Shown here in pieces: positions 62,629 through 64,000 of a stretch of DNA of 64,000 nt. The position numbers were made by a program, and so were the translations under genes. This stretch comes from Trichinella spiralis (lineage: Eukaryota). The notes under the pieces are model-generated. The model made no database searches. It was not told where the DNA came from and saw nothing but the letters and a program-made list of their open reading frames with translations. The DNA lies in NCBI RefSeq assembly GCF_000181795.1, contig NW_003526943.1, positions 10,985,759 through 11,049,758 of the forward strand, read 5' to 3'. Positions within the stretch are counted from its first letter, which is position 1, and every line of letters begins with the position of its first letter.

Positions 62629-64000
62629 TTAATTGCAAGCATCAGTACCGGTAACAAAGTCATTAAATCTAGCAAATATAGTAGCATCATCGATGCACAC
62701 CGCTAATGCAGGTTCTTTTCTTTGACTTCTCTGAAAAGTAATATTGAGTTATATTTTAAAAATTAAGTATTTACGAAAATACATTTACATGATATGGTTT
62801 GTCAATAGCACAGAAAATATTTCCAGGTTCAGTGACTGCCCATTGCGACACGTCATTTTCAAGGGTGCTTGCATCACCCGATACCGATATGGGAGACGTG
62901 ATTAATTTAATATTTCTTCCCAAAATTCTGCAATCACTTTTCAATTTAGTATCTCTTGTTGTCCACACTTTCAGATCTTTCTTCAATTTCCTTGAAAGAA
63001 CTCTTTTGAACATCTCTAAAACTCAACTTTAATATAAGTTCATCAAATTTATCATATGTTTTTTTGGATTTTCATTTGATTATTTGCTGCATTTGCATTC
63101 CTTCATCAGTTAAAATGCACAAACTGCTTATTTATGGCTAGTTTTCACATTTGCAATGGGACAACAAAATGAGAGAGAACAACAGCATGATTTGCAAATT
63201 TAGGCACGAAAACATATTTATTTGAAGCCACTCTAGCTTTTCGTTACTACTTTGCAATAATGAAGTTTTAAATCATCAAAAAAGTTCTTACCGTATCCAG
63301 ATTTTTCACCTTTACTAAAAACTGTAGCTTTTATTCCTGGACTTGCAGCTGTTTTTATGCCCTTGCTTATCGTCAAAGGAGGTAAGACACTGGAATCACC
63401 ATTGAGCAAATTTTTCAAATTAGGCCTTGAATTAACTTCCGTTGCAGGAATGTCATGATGATATACAAGAGGTCTCACAATTCGTAATGCATGTGCTGAA
63501 AGTATTATTAATTAAAATATATTCATTACATTTACAATGACATTTGTGATAAACGAGTGGTTATTTTACTTTTATGCTGTTCTTTTTGAAAACAATTAGC
63601 AATCAAATTTATAAATACACAGTTTCACCAATTTGAAACTTTGTTTGATAAATTTATGTATTAATATTATAGAATAAAATGTTTTATATAACTAATATGT
63701 GTCAAATAAATTGTTTATTCTCAAAAGATAGTTATCATATTTAAATATATTTTATATATGCTTCATATATTGCTCACCTATTACGTCCAGCTGCTCTTCT
63801 TTTATTGTAAGACAAACAAATAAATGTCCTTTTGCAATTTCTTCTGCAGGAAATGCATAAGCTTGCAATGCTTTTGGAAATCCTGGTACTGTGTGTATAA
63901 TCCAAGCAGCAGAATCATCAGCACGGGGATCCATTATTAGAATACCTGTAACAGCTTATGGTAAATCCTTGTTGTTGCATATTATTTATGTACATACCTT
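62629..64000 (-). CDS. Deoxyribonuclease II family (plancitoxin-like) gene, 5' part outside the window; exons ...-63998, 63945-63778, 63495-63292, 63015-62789, 62730-62629
   Basis: GILIMD...WIIHTVPGFP...GHLFVCLT, PLVY, FSKG, DVSQWAV...FCAIDKPYHRSQRKEPALAVC...C*. Intron phases consistent. Confidence 0.9.

Overview
AT-rich eukaryotic genomic DNA with short GT-AG introns, most consistent with a clade I parasitic nematode such as Trichinella (inferred from a DNase II-like gene with a degenerate catalytic motif and a cystatin-like secreted gene). Hand-spliced genes: RWDD2-like (+), a 36-exon NALCN/NCA sodium leak channel (+, ~1752 aa, EEKE pore), tRNA-Val(TAC), a single-TM micro-ORF (-), a 20-exon KNL1 kinetochore scaffold (-, ~779 aa, N-terminus absent from the ORF track), mitochondrial RNA polymerase POLRMT (+), a secreted cystatin-like gene (-), a secreted Pro/Gly/Gln-rich gene (-), TBL3/UTP13 with a microsatellite-encoded poly-Ser tail (-), and the 3' part of a DNase II-like gene (-). 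Mobile DNA: a Buster/Charlie hAT nested in a Tigger/pogo relic, a piggyBac-derived miniature element in a (TA)n site, a second hAT derivative and BEL/Pao gag relics. Most notable: (i) the apparently empty 17 kb upstream of NALCN holds 4-5 ATG-initiated, phase-1 micro-exons that all join in frame to one acceptor, suggesting a multi-promoter N-terminal switch; (ii) a compact KNL1 with SILK/RVSF motifs but no canonical MELT repeats. All gene models are manual and lack transcript evidence.
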